From: Spongospora subterranea f. sp. subterranea
Lineage: Eukaryota
DNA: 64,000 bases
Assembly (NCBI GenBank): GCA_049724395.1
Contig: JAUGWO010000069.1
Span: 310,001 to 374,000 of the forward strand
Reading direction: 5' to 3'
The notes under the pieces are model-generated. The model was not told the origin of the DNA, made no database searches, and worked only from the letters and a program-made list of their open reading frames with translations. The first letter of the stretch is position 1. Each line of letters starts with the position of its first letter. This document shows, one piece after another, positions 52,908-64,000 of this stretch. The position numbers and the translations under genes are program-made.

Positions 52908-53849
52908 CGGCGTACAATCGTTGCCAATGAAATTAATTGATCTCATAAGGATGTCAAGATGACATCAGGCTCGTTGAGTATCAAATTGCCAGGCCTTGAA
53001 TTTGCCAGTTGATGGATCATCTGTCAAACAAAATCCACAGAATAATCATTATTATTTAATAGAGCAGACAATGCAGTATTGTTTGATAGAGCAGACATTG
53101 CAGTCGTATGGGGCGAGTGCAGTGGTTTCGACACTATTACGAGTGCTGAGCTTTGGACAAGAAGGCGTTATATACTAGACCAATGCTGAGCCAATAATGA
53201 TCAGGGACGTTGCATCAGTGTTGAATGGTACTGGATCACCTATTGGAGAACAATGGCTGGAAATGGACAGGAACAGCGGCAAAATTCACGCTGATTGCCA
53301 AGGGCCAAATAGCATAATTCACCAGCATTGTGCTACCGAATTTTTGCCGCATTCTCTCGTTGATCTGGGGCACGTTGTGACCAGATAGCGCACCGACAAT
53401 GTAGAAGAAACAAGCCGTTGATGCCGGCGCGGCGATGCTCTAAGAACAGACTGGATTTTCAGTATTGAACGATGAGTCGGCACCGAATGTCTCAGACCTG
53501 ATCTACGACCATCTTCTTCATAGTGGAATATGCAGTTCCTGATGGAAACATGGTTTCAAGTCTACCATACCTGTACAGCTCACTTTCAATGCCACTTATT
53601 GCACGATAATCAAAGGGATAGATTACCACCTACGTTCAGAAGAGTTCAGTTATTGGTCGTTTGAAGACGATATTGATTACCAGTGCAAAACAGGCCCGAC
53701 GAAAAAAGCACCAAAGGCACCTGCGGCGATGGTTGAAAGTGGCGAATCGATTACACGAACGGTTTACCCCATCCTCGCTGAGCGTATCAGATCCAATTGC
53801 TGATCTTTGTGATCAGAGCGTTCGATGTATTGCTGGAGCTGATCCCCAG

Positions 53850-55380
53850 ACATCATCATCACCGACGATGTGATTGATTTCGTGATTATTGGCCTAGTCT
53901 GGAATCAACCGCTTGGTTGAGTTCCCAAAAACACGGTCAAACATTCCCAGCTTACTTTCAGCTGGAGGGTATACCATGATAGACCCTTGAACATGGCGAC
54001 AGCTTCAACCGCTCAGTCGTTCCTTGGTTGCCGTACGTTCAACCAGCTCTGTTGAGCGGTTGTTGTTACTCTCCCGACTACAGATGGCGGTTTCACCCTG
54101 CAGTGTAGTCCCAGTGTGGAATAATGATACGCGACACCTGTGATGCCTGGCAGTCGGAGGGTGATTGTGATCACGCCATAGACCGCGGACTGCACTGCTC
54201 CGCCCTTGCCTGGATAATCCCATGAAACTCGGCCCCCCTTTTGGTCGGCATACATGGACATTACACTGTCGAACACCAGGACCCAGTGTTTGATTTACAG
54301 CGATGACTGGTATTCAAGATTTATGAAAAAGTGCCCAGGTCAACTCATTGCATATTTGGTTATGTTGCTCCACAAAGTGGATTGCGACCAAGAAGAGCAG
54401 GAAATTCAACAGTTTTATCGAAGTTCCGAGCAGGACCCCATCGTCGTTCGTCGTGTGTTCGGTGGCGTCTTCAACGTCATCGTCATCAGTGGTGTCGATG
54501 CTCAACAGTACCAGTAGCTAGTCTTTAGAGCTTCCGTGATCGCCTCGTCGGAGTTGCTTGCACTTGGGCGGTGCCCGGTAGACCAAACGAGTTAGCGTTC
54601 TGAGAAGTTGACTTCATATCGGTCACGGCCGTAGCGGCTAGCGTTCTACTCAATCAGTTCAAGGAATCACGGCGTCTCACCCAGCGACGGAAGTACACAT
54701 GATCGGTAGGTGAGCGAGGCAGTTTGCTCCAATCTGTCTCCTCGGAATTACAGAACGATGTCGATGCGGTCCTCAGAAAAGCGTGTTGTCGTTCGGCCAG
54801 AGCGTTCCGTTGCGGGCGATGTGATACTGTAGTCACCAGCTTCAAGCCAATAACCGCCGGGCGAGAGAGCTTCGAACACGTGGGACCGAAAAGATTGGGC
54901 TCGGCCGCTGGTTATCTGGGTCAAAACGATTCCTGGCAGAACAGATCGAGAAGAGCATCTGCTGATTCCGAGCGCCTTGTCGTTGACCGGCAGACATCGA
55001 ACGGACCAGGAAGTATTGCATACAACGGTAAGGATGTGTTTGAGAGGGAACGAAGTGATCGATGTGAATCTGGCTCCATGCGGGCAGGAAGATCGGCATA
55101 CGCTTAATAATCTCGCCTGCTCGATTAGGTGTGACCATCTTAATTTTCAGGCATGTGAGACACGAGCTAACGGATTGGCACATCGTAGTCCATGCCGGGC
55201 CTGGTTTGTCCGAAGCGGGCGCCGGGCATGGGCTACAAAAATACGTCAGCTCGTATCTCTCATTCCAGAAAATCAAGATCGTCAAACCTAATCGAGCAGG
55301 CAAGATGGTCAAGCGTATGGCGACCTTTCTTGCCCGCATGGAGCCAGAGCCACATCGATTAATTGGACCCTCTCAATTTG
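53850..55380 (-). mobile_element. Degenerate Ty3/gypsy-type integrase remnant
   Basis: Zn-finger end SCLTCLKIK, PAWSQIHIDHF, and core TTVSHRPQRNALAERQHAFL...EETDWSKL, broken by frameshifts. Boundaries are approximate. Confidence 0.7.
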
Positions 55381-55601
55381 GCTTTGAAAGACATCATAAC
55401 TACAGATCCATCATCAAAGGCCATGAGACTAATTGTTGGCACTCCACTCAAAACGGCCTGTTATGTCTTTTTAATAACTCAAGCCGCCCATAAAATACAC
55501 AACTCCTCTATACGGGTAAGGAAATCGCTACTCCAATCAATGCGTAGCTGGACGAATAGTCGGAATAGAGGGTTGCCATTGGATCAGTACCGGCTTCAAC
55601 T

Positions 55602-55702
55602 CCACCGCTCTACGTGCCGCCCCACCACTCCACGTGCAAGTTGCCACTCCACCACTCTACGTGCAAGTTGCCACTCTGCGTGCACCTCCACCACTTTACG
55701 TG
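55602..55702 (+). repeat. 27-bp tandem repeat with degenerate flanking copies
   Basis: CCACCACTC(C/T)ACGTGCAAGTTGCCACT at 55622-55648 and 55649-55675; partial copies at 55602 and 55688. Confidence 0.85.
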
Positions 55703-55876
55703 TAGCAGTGGCAGGTGCGGCACTCTGGACACTTGACAGTCAGCTTAGTAGTTGCTGGTGCGGACATTGAGTGTAGATATGGGCGACAGTGATTTGCTCC
55801 ACTTTTAAGTGCACGGCGAAATTTCATCCCTGTTTTGGATTGCAAATAAAGGGGGTCTGTCAATTATTAGACAGCC

Positions 55877-58800
55877 ATGCATCGCCGATTCGTTCGAGCT
55901 TCTATCGTCCAATTCCATGCTGGTCTTTGCGGTGGGCGCGGATCACAATGGCGGTGCATGACTGTTTTTCCAGACCCACGACTCATTTCTGAGACGCCAT
56001 ATTGGGTCCAACGAGGGAGATGTGGAAGAAATGTTGAAAGTCGTTGGGGTGCAGTCGCTTAGTGAGCTCACTTCGCAATGTGTTCCTCAAGGGATCATTT
56101 CAAAAAAGCCTCTCAAGGTAACCGAAGTTTTTATGGACAAAATAAACGTCAATAATCGCTTTTGCTTTCAAAGTTGCCTCCAGCAGCTGGCGAGTCTGAC
56201 GCCATTTCCGAGCTGAAGAACATCATGAAGGAGAACAGGATACTTCGTAGCCATATCGGTGCTGGTTATTATGGAACTATTACTCCTCGTAAGCGCTGGC
56301 TTCCACTACCTCCAGCCCATATTTACTCAACATTTTTTTTCAAGCGGTGATCCTAAGGAACATTCTCGAAAACCCATCTTGGTATACGCCATACACGCCA
56401 TATCAAGCTGAAATAGCCCAGGTCTGTCTTATGAATAATCAAAGAGGTATTGCGGTCTGAACAGGCAAATCTTATTTAAAGGGGCGCCTTGAAATGCTAC
56501 TCAATTATCAAACGATGGTCAGCGACCTCACCGGGCTGCCGGTGTCAAATGCGAGCCTTTTAGATGAAGGAACCGCCGCTGCTGAAGCTGCTGTCTTAGC
56601 CTTCAACTCGTCAACCAACAAAAAAGCAGACACGTTCTTTGTAGTATTTGTGTTCATCTTATTTCCTCATAGCTTATTTTTCGTCTCAGGTGTCATCAAA
56701 AGTGCATCCTCAAACGATCGCTGTCATCCGCACCCGCGCCGAACCCCTTGGCCTAAAAATTGTCGTTTCTGAGTCATCAAGCTGGAAAGATTTCGACAAC
56801 GTTTGCGGAGTGATGGTTCAATACCCAGATACTACAGGTCCGCTCTCAATGGTCAAGGAAGACAAATTGCTAATGTTTGATCTCAGGAATTCTTTCTGAT
56901 TACGAAGAACTCTGCGATAAAGTGCACAACGCAGGGGGGCTAGTTGTAGCTGCAGCCGATTTGCTATCCTTAACATTGATTAAACCGCCCGGCGAGTGGG
57001 GTGCCGACGTTGCTGTTGGAAATTCACAAAGGTCTGAGCGTTTAATGGTTAATCTGTAGTCGATTGTGACATGTCATTTCAGGTTCGGTGTACCTCTTGG
57101 TTATGGTGGGCCTCACGCCGCTTTCTTTGCATGCAAAGACGAACTTAAACGCAGAGCACCTGGTAAAAATGTCCTTCGGATGGTCACACTGCTTGCTCAA
57201 TATTCCAGGCCGTATTATTGGTGTCTCTCGGGATTGCAATGGGCGACCAGCTTTGCGGATGGCACTACAGACGCGAGAACAACATATCCGAAGAGAAAAG
57301 GCAACTAGTAATATATGCACTGCTCAAGTCCGTTTCTTGAAATTATATACAAACGAAAACTAAGTGATATAGTAGGCGCTGTTGGCCAACATAGCCGCAG
57401 CATATGCGATATATCACGGCCCTGAAGGGCTGAAGGCGATCGCTAAAAAGGTTCTTCGCGCGACTCAAGTGCTTCGTGCCGGGCTGGTCCAACTAGGAGT
57501 CAAATGCTTAGGGAGCGAGCGAAACTCATTTGATACGGTCACGTTCAAGGTCTGGTGCTCTATGAGCTCGATAATTCTAGGCTTAAAAACGATGTAGGGC
57601 AATGCCAAGAGTTTTGCTACTGCTGGGATTAGACATGGATTCAACATTCGTATAATTTCAGAGGAACAAGTTTCAATATCCTTAGATGAAACTGTCAAAG
57701 CCGAGCAGGTGCAATCAATTTTGCAAGCTGTGTCCGAGGTGGCATCTATCATTTTTGTAATACCACAAGAATTCATTTTTCTAACAGGCATGGAAATTGA
57801 ACAAGCCAGAAGATGTTAGCAATATTTTAGCAAAGTTAAACTCTGCAGGAGCTGATGCTGTGGGTTTGCTCTCACCCAAGGTCGCAGAATTGACTATGTG
57901 GAAGTTTTGGCAACCTGACAAGCTTTTGCTCAGTTTATCCGGCAAAGCCAATTTCTCACACATCCGGTTTTCAACTCTCATTCAAGTGAAACCCAAATGC
58001 TCCGTTATCTACAGCATCTTTCCAACAAGGTTAGAGATTGTCTACTTTCCATTTGGGGGCCTCATTAAGTCATAGGATTTATCATTGGCGAACGCTATGA
58101 TTCCGCTTGGGTCCTGTACGATGAAACTCAATGCAACTAGTGAGATGATTCCTATCACATGGCCTGAAGTATCGAATTTGCATCCATTTGTGCCCAGTAA
58201 TCAAGCCAAGGTCAGTACTAGTAGTTGCCATCCAATCGTTTTTACGAACAAAGTGGTCTTCTTAGGGATACAAGACTGTATTATCCAATCTTCGAGAGTA
58301 CCTGTCTGAAATCACCGGATTCAGCGACGTTAGTCTTCAACCCAATTCTGGTGCCCAAGGGGAATATGCTGGCTTACTGTGCATCAGAGCTTATCAAAAA
58401 TCGATCGGAAATGGTGTGTATCAGTGTATATCTACCGATGTTGTGCCAATTTTTACAATTTCAGAGAATCGTGATGTATGTTTAATTCCAACGTCCGCTC
58501 ATGGAACAAACCCTGCCTCTGCAGTGTTGGCAGGCTTCAAAGTAGTGACCGTAAACTGTGATAAAAAAGGAAATATCAGTAAGTGCGCCGTCGATAAAAT
58601 ACCATCAGCTCAACGAGCATGCTGCTTTTGCCTTTAGGCATGAGTGATCTTCAAGAAAAAGTCGAAGCGAATCGGGACAGGCTAGCATGCATTATGGTCA
58701 CCTATCCATCCACTCATGGAGTCTTCGAAGATACAATAAAAGAGACTTGCAAAATTATCCACGACAACGGAGGCCAAGGTGAGCTTCTGTAAATGAAGTG

Positions 58801-59931
58801 GTTATGTCTTGTTCACCTTTGTATTAGTTTACATGGTATACATGTTATCTGAGACCAATCCAGTTTAGTTTTTTAATCTTTTTTAAGGATGGAGCAAACA
58901 TGAACGCCCAAGTTGGTCTCACGAAACCTGGTGAAATTGGTGCTGACGTGTGCCATTTGAACCTGCACAAAACTTTCTGCGTACGTTGGAAATTGCAGTT
59001 AACTTCCAGCGCGCTCAATTTTGTAGATTCCCCATGGCGGTGGCGGTCCAGGAATGGGGCCGATCGGGGTCGCTGCACATTTGGCTCCGTTTTTACCAGG
59101 CCATTGTGCTGTACCAGATGTTGGAGGAGAAAAAGCTATATCTGCTGTATCGGCCGCCCCCTACGCAAGCGCAAGCATTTTGCCTATATCATGGATGTAA
59201 TCATACCGATAATGTCATTGTTTTCATATCAACATTTTGTGCAGGTACATCAGAATGATGGGACCTTATGATGGCTTAAAGAACGCCACCGAAATGGCAA
59301 TTCTACACGCTAACTATATGGCTTCCAGGTTGTCTGGTGCCTATGACATTTTATATACTGGTCAGATGCAGTTCTTCTCCGTTACAACATTTTCTAAACC
59401 TCTTTACTAGGGGGACAACATAACCGCGTTGCTCATGAATTCATAATCGATTTAAATCCATTCAAAAAATATGGGATAGTTGAAGAAGATGTTGCTAAAC
59501 GTTTGATGGACTATTCTTTTCACGGTCCCACAATGTACGTTTCGTTTTGACACATTTGTTGTCGTTAATGCTGCCCGATTCCAGGAGTTGGCCTGTAGTT
59601 GGGACGCTGATGATCGAGCCAACGGAAAGCGAGCCCAAAGAGGAAATGGACAGATTCTGTGATGCTATGTTGGCTATCAGGGACGAAATCGAGCAGGTGA
59701 TAACAGGAAAAGTTGCCCCTGAAGATAGCGTTTTGAAAGGAGCGCCTCATTCGATGGAGATGCTGTTATCGGATAAGTGGGAAAAGAAATATTCAAGAGA
59801 GGATGCGGCATATCCCGTCCCCATCACTCCGAAACCGCAAATTTTGGAGTACCGTTGGCAGAATCGATAATGTTTATGGAGACAGAAATGTTATATGTCA
59901 ATGTCCTCCTTTAGAATCGTACAACAACTGA
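55877..59931 (+). CDS. GLDC: Glycine dehydrogenase (decarboxylating), glycine cleavage P-protein, many exons
   Basis: [116 protein letters not shown]. Apparent +1 error in the C4 run at 59819-59822. Confidence 0.97.
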
Positions 59932-61096
59932 TATGGACGCAATTTTGCTTGTTTGTTGCCCGCTGGCAACATATGTATACCCTAATGTATCGAAACATCA
60001 TTTGCATTTTGTCGATTGCGTTTTCGCAAGGCTTTGATTCCTTCTTGATCTAATATTGTCGAACGAATTAATTCGCGATCAATTGCTTGTGGGTATTCTA
60101 TGTATTTCTTGCGACTTCCGAACCAGTTGGAGTGCTCAGGTTGGGTAAACATGTAGACGCAGAATACCTGTGAAAATCGATATAAGCTAGCCGTGTGGCG
60201 TCGCCACGTACACGTACGGGAACCGACAAATACATGCTTAGTTTGAACATTTCGAGGGATAGGCCACCCATTATCAACTACGAGAGAGAACGCGGATAGG
60301 GATTCGAACACAGATGATGACGAAATTATGGTCAGCAGCGACGCCGTGGCGTTGGTAAACTGGACGGTGGGGACTTAATGGACTGATCGATTTTAGTGTA
60401 ATAATTCCGAGAATTGTATTGGTTGCTGAACTGGGATGGTTTTATATACGCGCGCTGCGATTATGTGTTCAAATAGTCCCCGCCCATGGTCGATTGTTTC
60501 TTCATAAAAAAAAAGTCTATCGGGCCATTCGAGGGGTCATGTTGTGTGTATGATGTTTGGAAATGATCCGTTTGATAAGGGTCTCTGGCGTTTTGAGAGA
60601 TGCGGCGTTGTAATTGCTGAACTGTTATTTTTCATAATGATCCTGATGTCCTGAGAAAATGATTAGTATGTAGTGTTTACCTTTACCATGTAATTAAGGT
60701 GTAAGTCATTGTGTATTCGATTGCAACAGAATTTATAACCCTGGTTCATCTGTTCAAATCTCTTGTTTGTTTCAAATTTTAATCCTCACACGTGCAACTG
60801 TTTGTTTCTAGGCGCGCTGTATTTTGTAGTATAGTTATGAACGTCAATTGCTCGTCAACATTAAAAAGTCATACGGTCGATATCTGACCTCGCTCAAATA
60901 CAGTTTTTTGACCGAGATGGCGCAATACGATTAACATGAGCTACAATGATTACTGATTAATCTTGAACAGTGAATTGCATGGAGTCGTTGGTCACCATCA
61001 CTCACCAGATGTACACTCTGCAGTCTCGGGCTCGGCTCACCGTGGCGGTGTCTCATCGTAATTGCAGGCGACTGCATCGATTTTGACACTCATATC

Positions 61097-62566
61097 ATGA
61101 ACCCCAATAGGGCTGTTTATTTCTCAACTAATCGACTGACACCCTTTTTTCGACGTAGGGTCAGATTCAACACTGCCCGGGCGACGGCCGAGGATGTGGC
61201 TGTAGACGATATTGTGCGATCCATTGGCTTGACACCATCGTTAACTGATGACGATATCAGCATTGATCACCGTGATCCGGAAATATACGCGGTGGACGAT
61301 GACGGCAAAGTACCGTTTGGCGTTAGTCAAAGCCGAGACGAAGAGGAGGAAGCTGAGCTACGATTTCGGCAACACCCTGTTGTTCAGCTATCCTGTACAG
61401 ATGAATCATTTGACCCAGCTCCTGAAGCCATGTTGGACGCCGCAGCTCGTATACTAGCTGATGCACCATCCCTTTCGAAAAGAGAAGCGTTTAATCAGAA
61501 GGAAAATTGGATGAATAACGTTCACAACAAATTTCTGAACCCCTCCAACTTATACGATCGGAATCGAAGTTTCGAATATCTCCGCAACGACCATTTCATG
61601 TCCCATGCAGTTATTCGTCGCGTCTTACGGGAAGTTCGAAAAAGAGTTTCTGGTTTGGATGTAACCAATGCATTGGATTTCGGTGCTGGAACAGGAGCTG
61701 GTGCATGGGCTCTTTCTGAAGTATTCGGTCCAAGCCTTCAGAACATTTTGTGTGTCGAAACTGCCCCGTTTATGCGTTCAATTGCAGAATATCAGTCCAA
61801 AGACATTACTGGCAGTCTGCCTGCGAGCAAACTTGATATATGTTGGACGGCAACTTTACCGCTTGAGCGGTTGGACCAGTATTCTATCACCATGGCTGCA
61901 TTCGTAATGCAAGAAGTTCACCCATCCAATCGTCAAAACATTCTGGAGCATTTATGGGCGTGCACAGCCCCTGGTGGTGTTTTGGTCGTGTTGGAATTGG
62001 GAAATGCACAAGGAAGTGCATCCATTCTTGATTCTCGATCCCGAATCCTGGCTATGCCAGCTGCCCGGATTCTAGCTCCGTGTCCTCATGCCCAAGAATG
62101 CCCATTCGCTAGTAAATATGCCAAGCTCACCGAAACCACAAACAAGCGCAAACAACGACAGCGTGCAAGCGGAAGAAATTTCTGTCACTATGGTCAACGA
62201 GTGATGATTGAGTCGTTTCCCATCGGGTCACTCATCCGACGCAGGCCTCAAACGGCATCAAGGCTCCGCTTTCAAAACGAACATCTCGTTCCATTTTCCT
62301 ATGTTGTTATGCAAAAATATGATCCAGACGCTGCTAAAACATCCCTAGAATTTGATCCCAGTAGCTGGGCCCGAATGATCAAACCGCCTATCAAGCGAGG
62401 AGGTCACGTGATTTTGGATCTGTGTCAATCGAATGGCAGTATTGAGAGGCAGGTCGTCAGTCGGAGTAAAGGCAGCGGCGGTCCCTATAAATTGGCACGA
62501 TTGAGCCGTTGGTCGGATTTATGGCCGTATACATTAGCTTCTGAAACAGAAACCAATAATGTATAA
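61097..62566 (+). CDS. RSM22: Mitoribosome small-subunit assembly methyltransferase-like protein Rsm22/METTL17, intronless
   Basis: LDFGAGTG, LVVLELG, ILAPCPHAQECP, CHYGQR, FSYVV, PPIKRGGHVILDLC, YKLARLSRWSDLWP. Confidence 0.93.
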   Translation: MNPNRAVYFSTNRLTPFFRRRVRFNTARATAEDVAVDDIVRSIGLTPSLTDDDISIDHRDPEIYAVDDDGKVPFGVSQSRDEEEEAELRFRQHPVVQLSCTDESFDPAPEAMLDAAARILADAPSLSKREAFNQKENWMNNVHNKFLNPSNLYDRNRSFEYLRNDHFMSHAVIRRVLREVRKRVSGLDVTNALDFGAGTGAGAWALSEVFGPSLQNILCVETAPFMRSIAEYQSKDITGSLPASKLDICWTATLPLERLDQYSITMAAFVMQEVHPSNRQNILEHLWACTAPGGVLVVLELGNAQGSASILDSRSRILAMPAARILAPCPHAQECPFASKYAKLTETTNKRKQRQRASGRNFCHYGQRVMIESFPIGSLIRRRPQTASRLRFQNEHLVPFSYVVMQKYDPDAAKTSLEFDPSSWARMIKPPIKRGGHVILDLCQSNGSIERQVVSRSKGSGGPYKLARLSRWSDLWPYTLASETETNNV

Positions 62567-62743
62567 AGGAAGCGCTATATCTGTGTAGAAACTGGAAACT
62601 TTAACCCAGCCAATGTATTGCAAGTGAACAAAAAACAAATTGCCTGATTCTGCCAAGTTAATTTAGACAATTTACATGGCGGTTGAAAGCATTTTCGCTG
62701 CTGAAATGCCTGTAAAAAATGATGAACTGTTGAATAAAGTTGA

Positions 62744-63445
62744 TCAGTTGAATTGCTTAAGAAATGGTTGGAGCATGGGGAGAATAAATCCTTGGTCGGC
62801 ACATAATAAACACAACCTCAATCTATACGGATCTTTGCCGGAATTCACAAGAGAGGTCACAGCACGTCGTAAAGTTTGGGGCAGGGTTGGCATTTTTAGG
62901 CAGGATTGAGCGTGATCAATGAGAAATTCCTTCCATACATCGTGAGCATTACTCGCAATGAACGAACCTTCAGAAAGGAAGGAATGTTGTGCAATTTCAA
63001 ATGGGAACGAATCTTGGAGTCGGAACGTGTTATGCTGACTGCGACTGTATTCATGGGAACGCATAATAATCAGATCATCACGATGCCTTGAAACAGCACT
63101 GAAACCAGACGGATTGCCCAAGATAGGAGAATGTGGAGAATCAACCAGCTGAGGTGATACGTTTTGTTCCTCTTGAACATTGAAAGTCGAACGATCTGGG
63201 GACACTTGAATTGCACTCAGGTCGCGGGGGTGGCTGCGAGATACTGTATCCATATCTGTTGGCCGCTGTGATGCGGGTTCGCGAATCTCCCGCGAGCCAT
63301 TTTGTTCAAAACCCGACGCCAGAACGCGAGCCTGACTCTTCACTAAACGATCGCGACGACTGGTTCGCATCACATATTGGTTATGAGGATTGTCATTGGA
63401 AATATAGTCGATATTACTTGACACGCGAGTGGTAATGTAAATCAC
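62744..63445 (-). CDS. Hypothetical protein
   Basis: 233-codon open frame with a Ser/Arg-rich disordered N-half; no motif recognised. Confidence 0.4.
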   Translation of the reverse strand: MIYITTRVSSNIDYISNDNPHNQYVMRTSRRDRLVKSQARVLASGFEQNGSREIREPASQRPTDMDTVSRSHPRDLSAIQVSPDRSTFNVQEEQNVSPQLVDSPHSPILGNPSGFSAVSRHRDDLIIMRSHEYSRSQHNTFRLQDSFPFEIAQHSFLSEGSFIASNAHDVWKEFLIDHAQSCLKMPTLPQTLRRAVTSLVNSGKDPYRLRLCLLCADQGFILPMLQPFLKQFN

Positions 63446-63696
63446 AACGGGGCCCAGTCACCCTAACCCGTTTCAACAATGCAGAAAATGCATGACAATG
63501 ATGTTACCAGGACGATGACGAGTGGCTGTCGTCATAACAGCAGTTTTACTGTCACTGTACAGTGTACAGTAGGCGGACTCAGAAGAGGGCTGCAGCTACT
63601 CTGTGGGCGCACTTGCTGCGTGCGATACAGGTCCGTAACTGGGGGGCGAGGGATGCGCCCCTTGGCAGATGTTGCAGACAATACCTTCCAGGACGA

Positions 63697-64000
63697 ATGT
63701 CGCCAGATCCGGCGTTCATCGTGTTAGGATGTGTCGTTTTGTGCCATCTTCTTCCGGGCCTGCTTAGGATGATTCGGGCGCCCTCCGCGTCATCTAGACC
63801 ACAGATGTCCAGCAGATTAACGGATCTCAGCAATGAAAGAGCACAATATCGAATCGAAACCAACAAGCTCAATACCCCATCCACCTTCGTTGCGTACGCC
63901 AAACTCCAGCGGAAACTTGATAAGGTGTCTGCCGAAATCGAATCACTTCAAAGTAGGTTCCTTCTCTGTCGAAATACATTATTGTAATTGTCTGAACACA
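63697..64000 (+). CDS. GET1: GET1/WRB (tail-anchored protein insertase subunit), 5' exon
   Basis: N-terminal TM segment followed by coiled coil LNTPSTFVAYAKLQRKLDKVSAEI, matching the GET1/WRB F-x-x-x-AKL-x-R motif. Confidence 0.72.

Noticed and set aside
53040..53110. Two ~28-bp direct repeats (ATAGAGCAGACA.TGCAGT) resembling a CRISPR-like unit
   Set aside because: Only two adjacent copies, no spacers, no cas genes, and a eukaryotic context.

Overview
Compact, intron-rich eukaryotic DNA with short (~50 nt) GT-AG introns and very short intergenic gaps. The cilia-assembly gene CFAP300 implies a flagellated stage; a plasmodiophorid-like protist is my guess, not something the sequence proves. 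Recognisable host genes: DOCK-C/D GEF (runs off the left edge), phosphatidylserine decarboxylase, GDP-L-fucose synthase, KRI1, a tyrosine phosphatase, an importin-5-like karyopherin, a GNAT acetyltransferase, an LRR/coiled-coil/Sfi1-like protein, an EF-hand protein, EEF2KMT, CFAP300, a CNNM/DUF21-CBS transporter, glycine dehydrogenase P-protein, RSM22/METTL17 and GET1 (runs off the right edge). About 8.6-25.4 kb is a transposon nest: a Ty3-like gag remnant, a MULE remnant, one full and two partial copies of an IS630/Tc1/mariner element with a long DD117E spacer, and two copies of a pogo-type (DD43D) element. The pogo transposase appears N-terminally fused to an OTU deubiquitinase-like domain. 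A second highlight is a 564-bp element at 27164-27727 with 176-bp terminal inverted repeats, TGT...ACA ends and a 5-bp target duplication, whose only cargo is an integrase-type chromodomain. Homopolymer frameshifts in conserved genes and garbled repeat segments indicate assembly consensus errors, so individual indels need read-level checking. Multi-exon gene ends are approximate.
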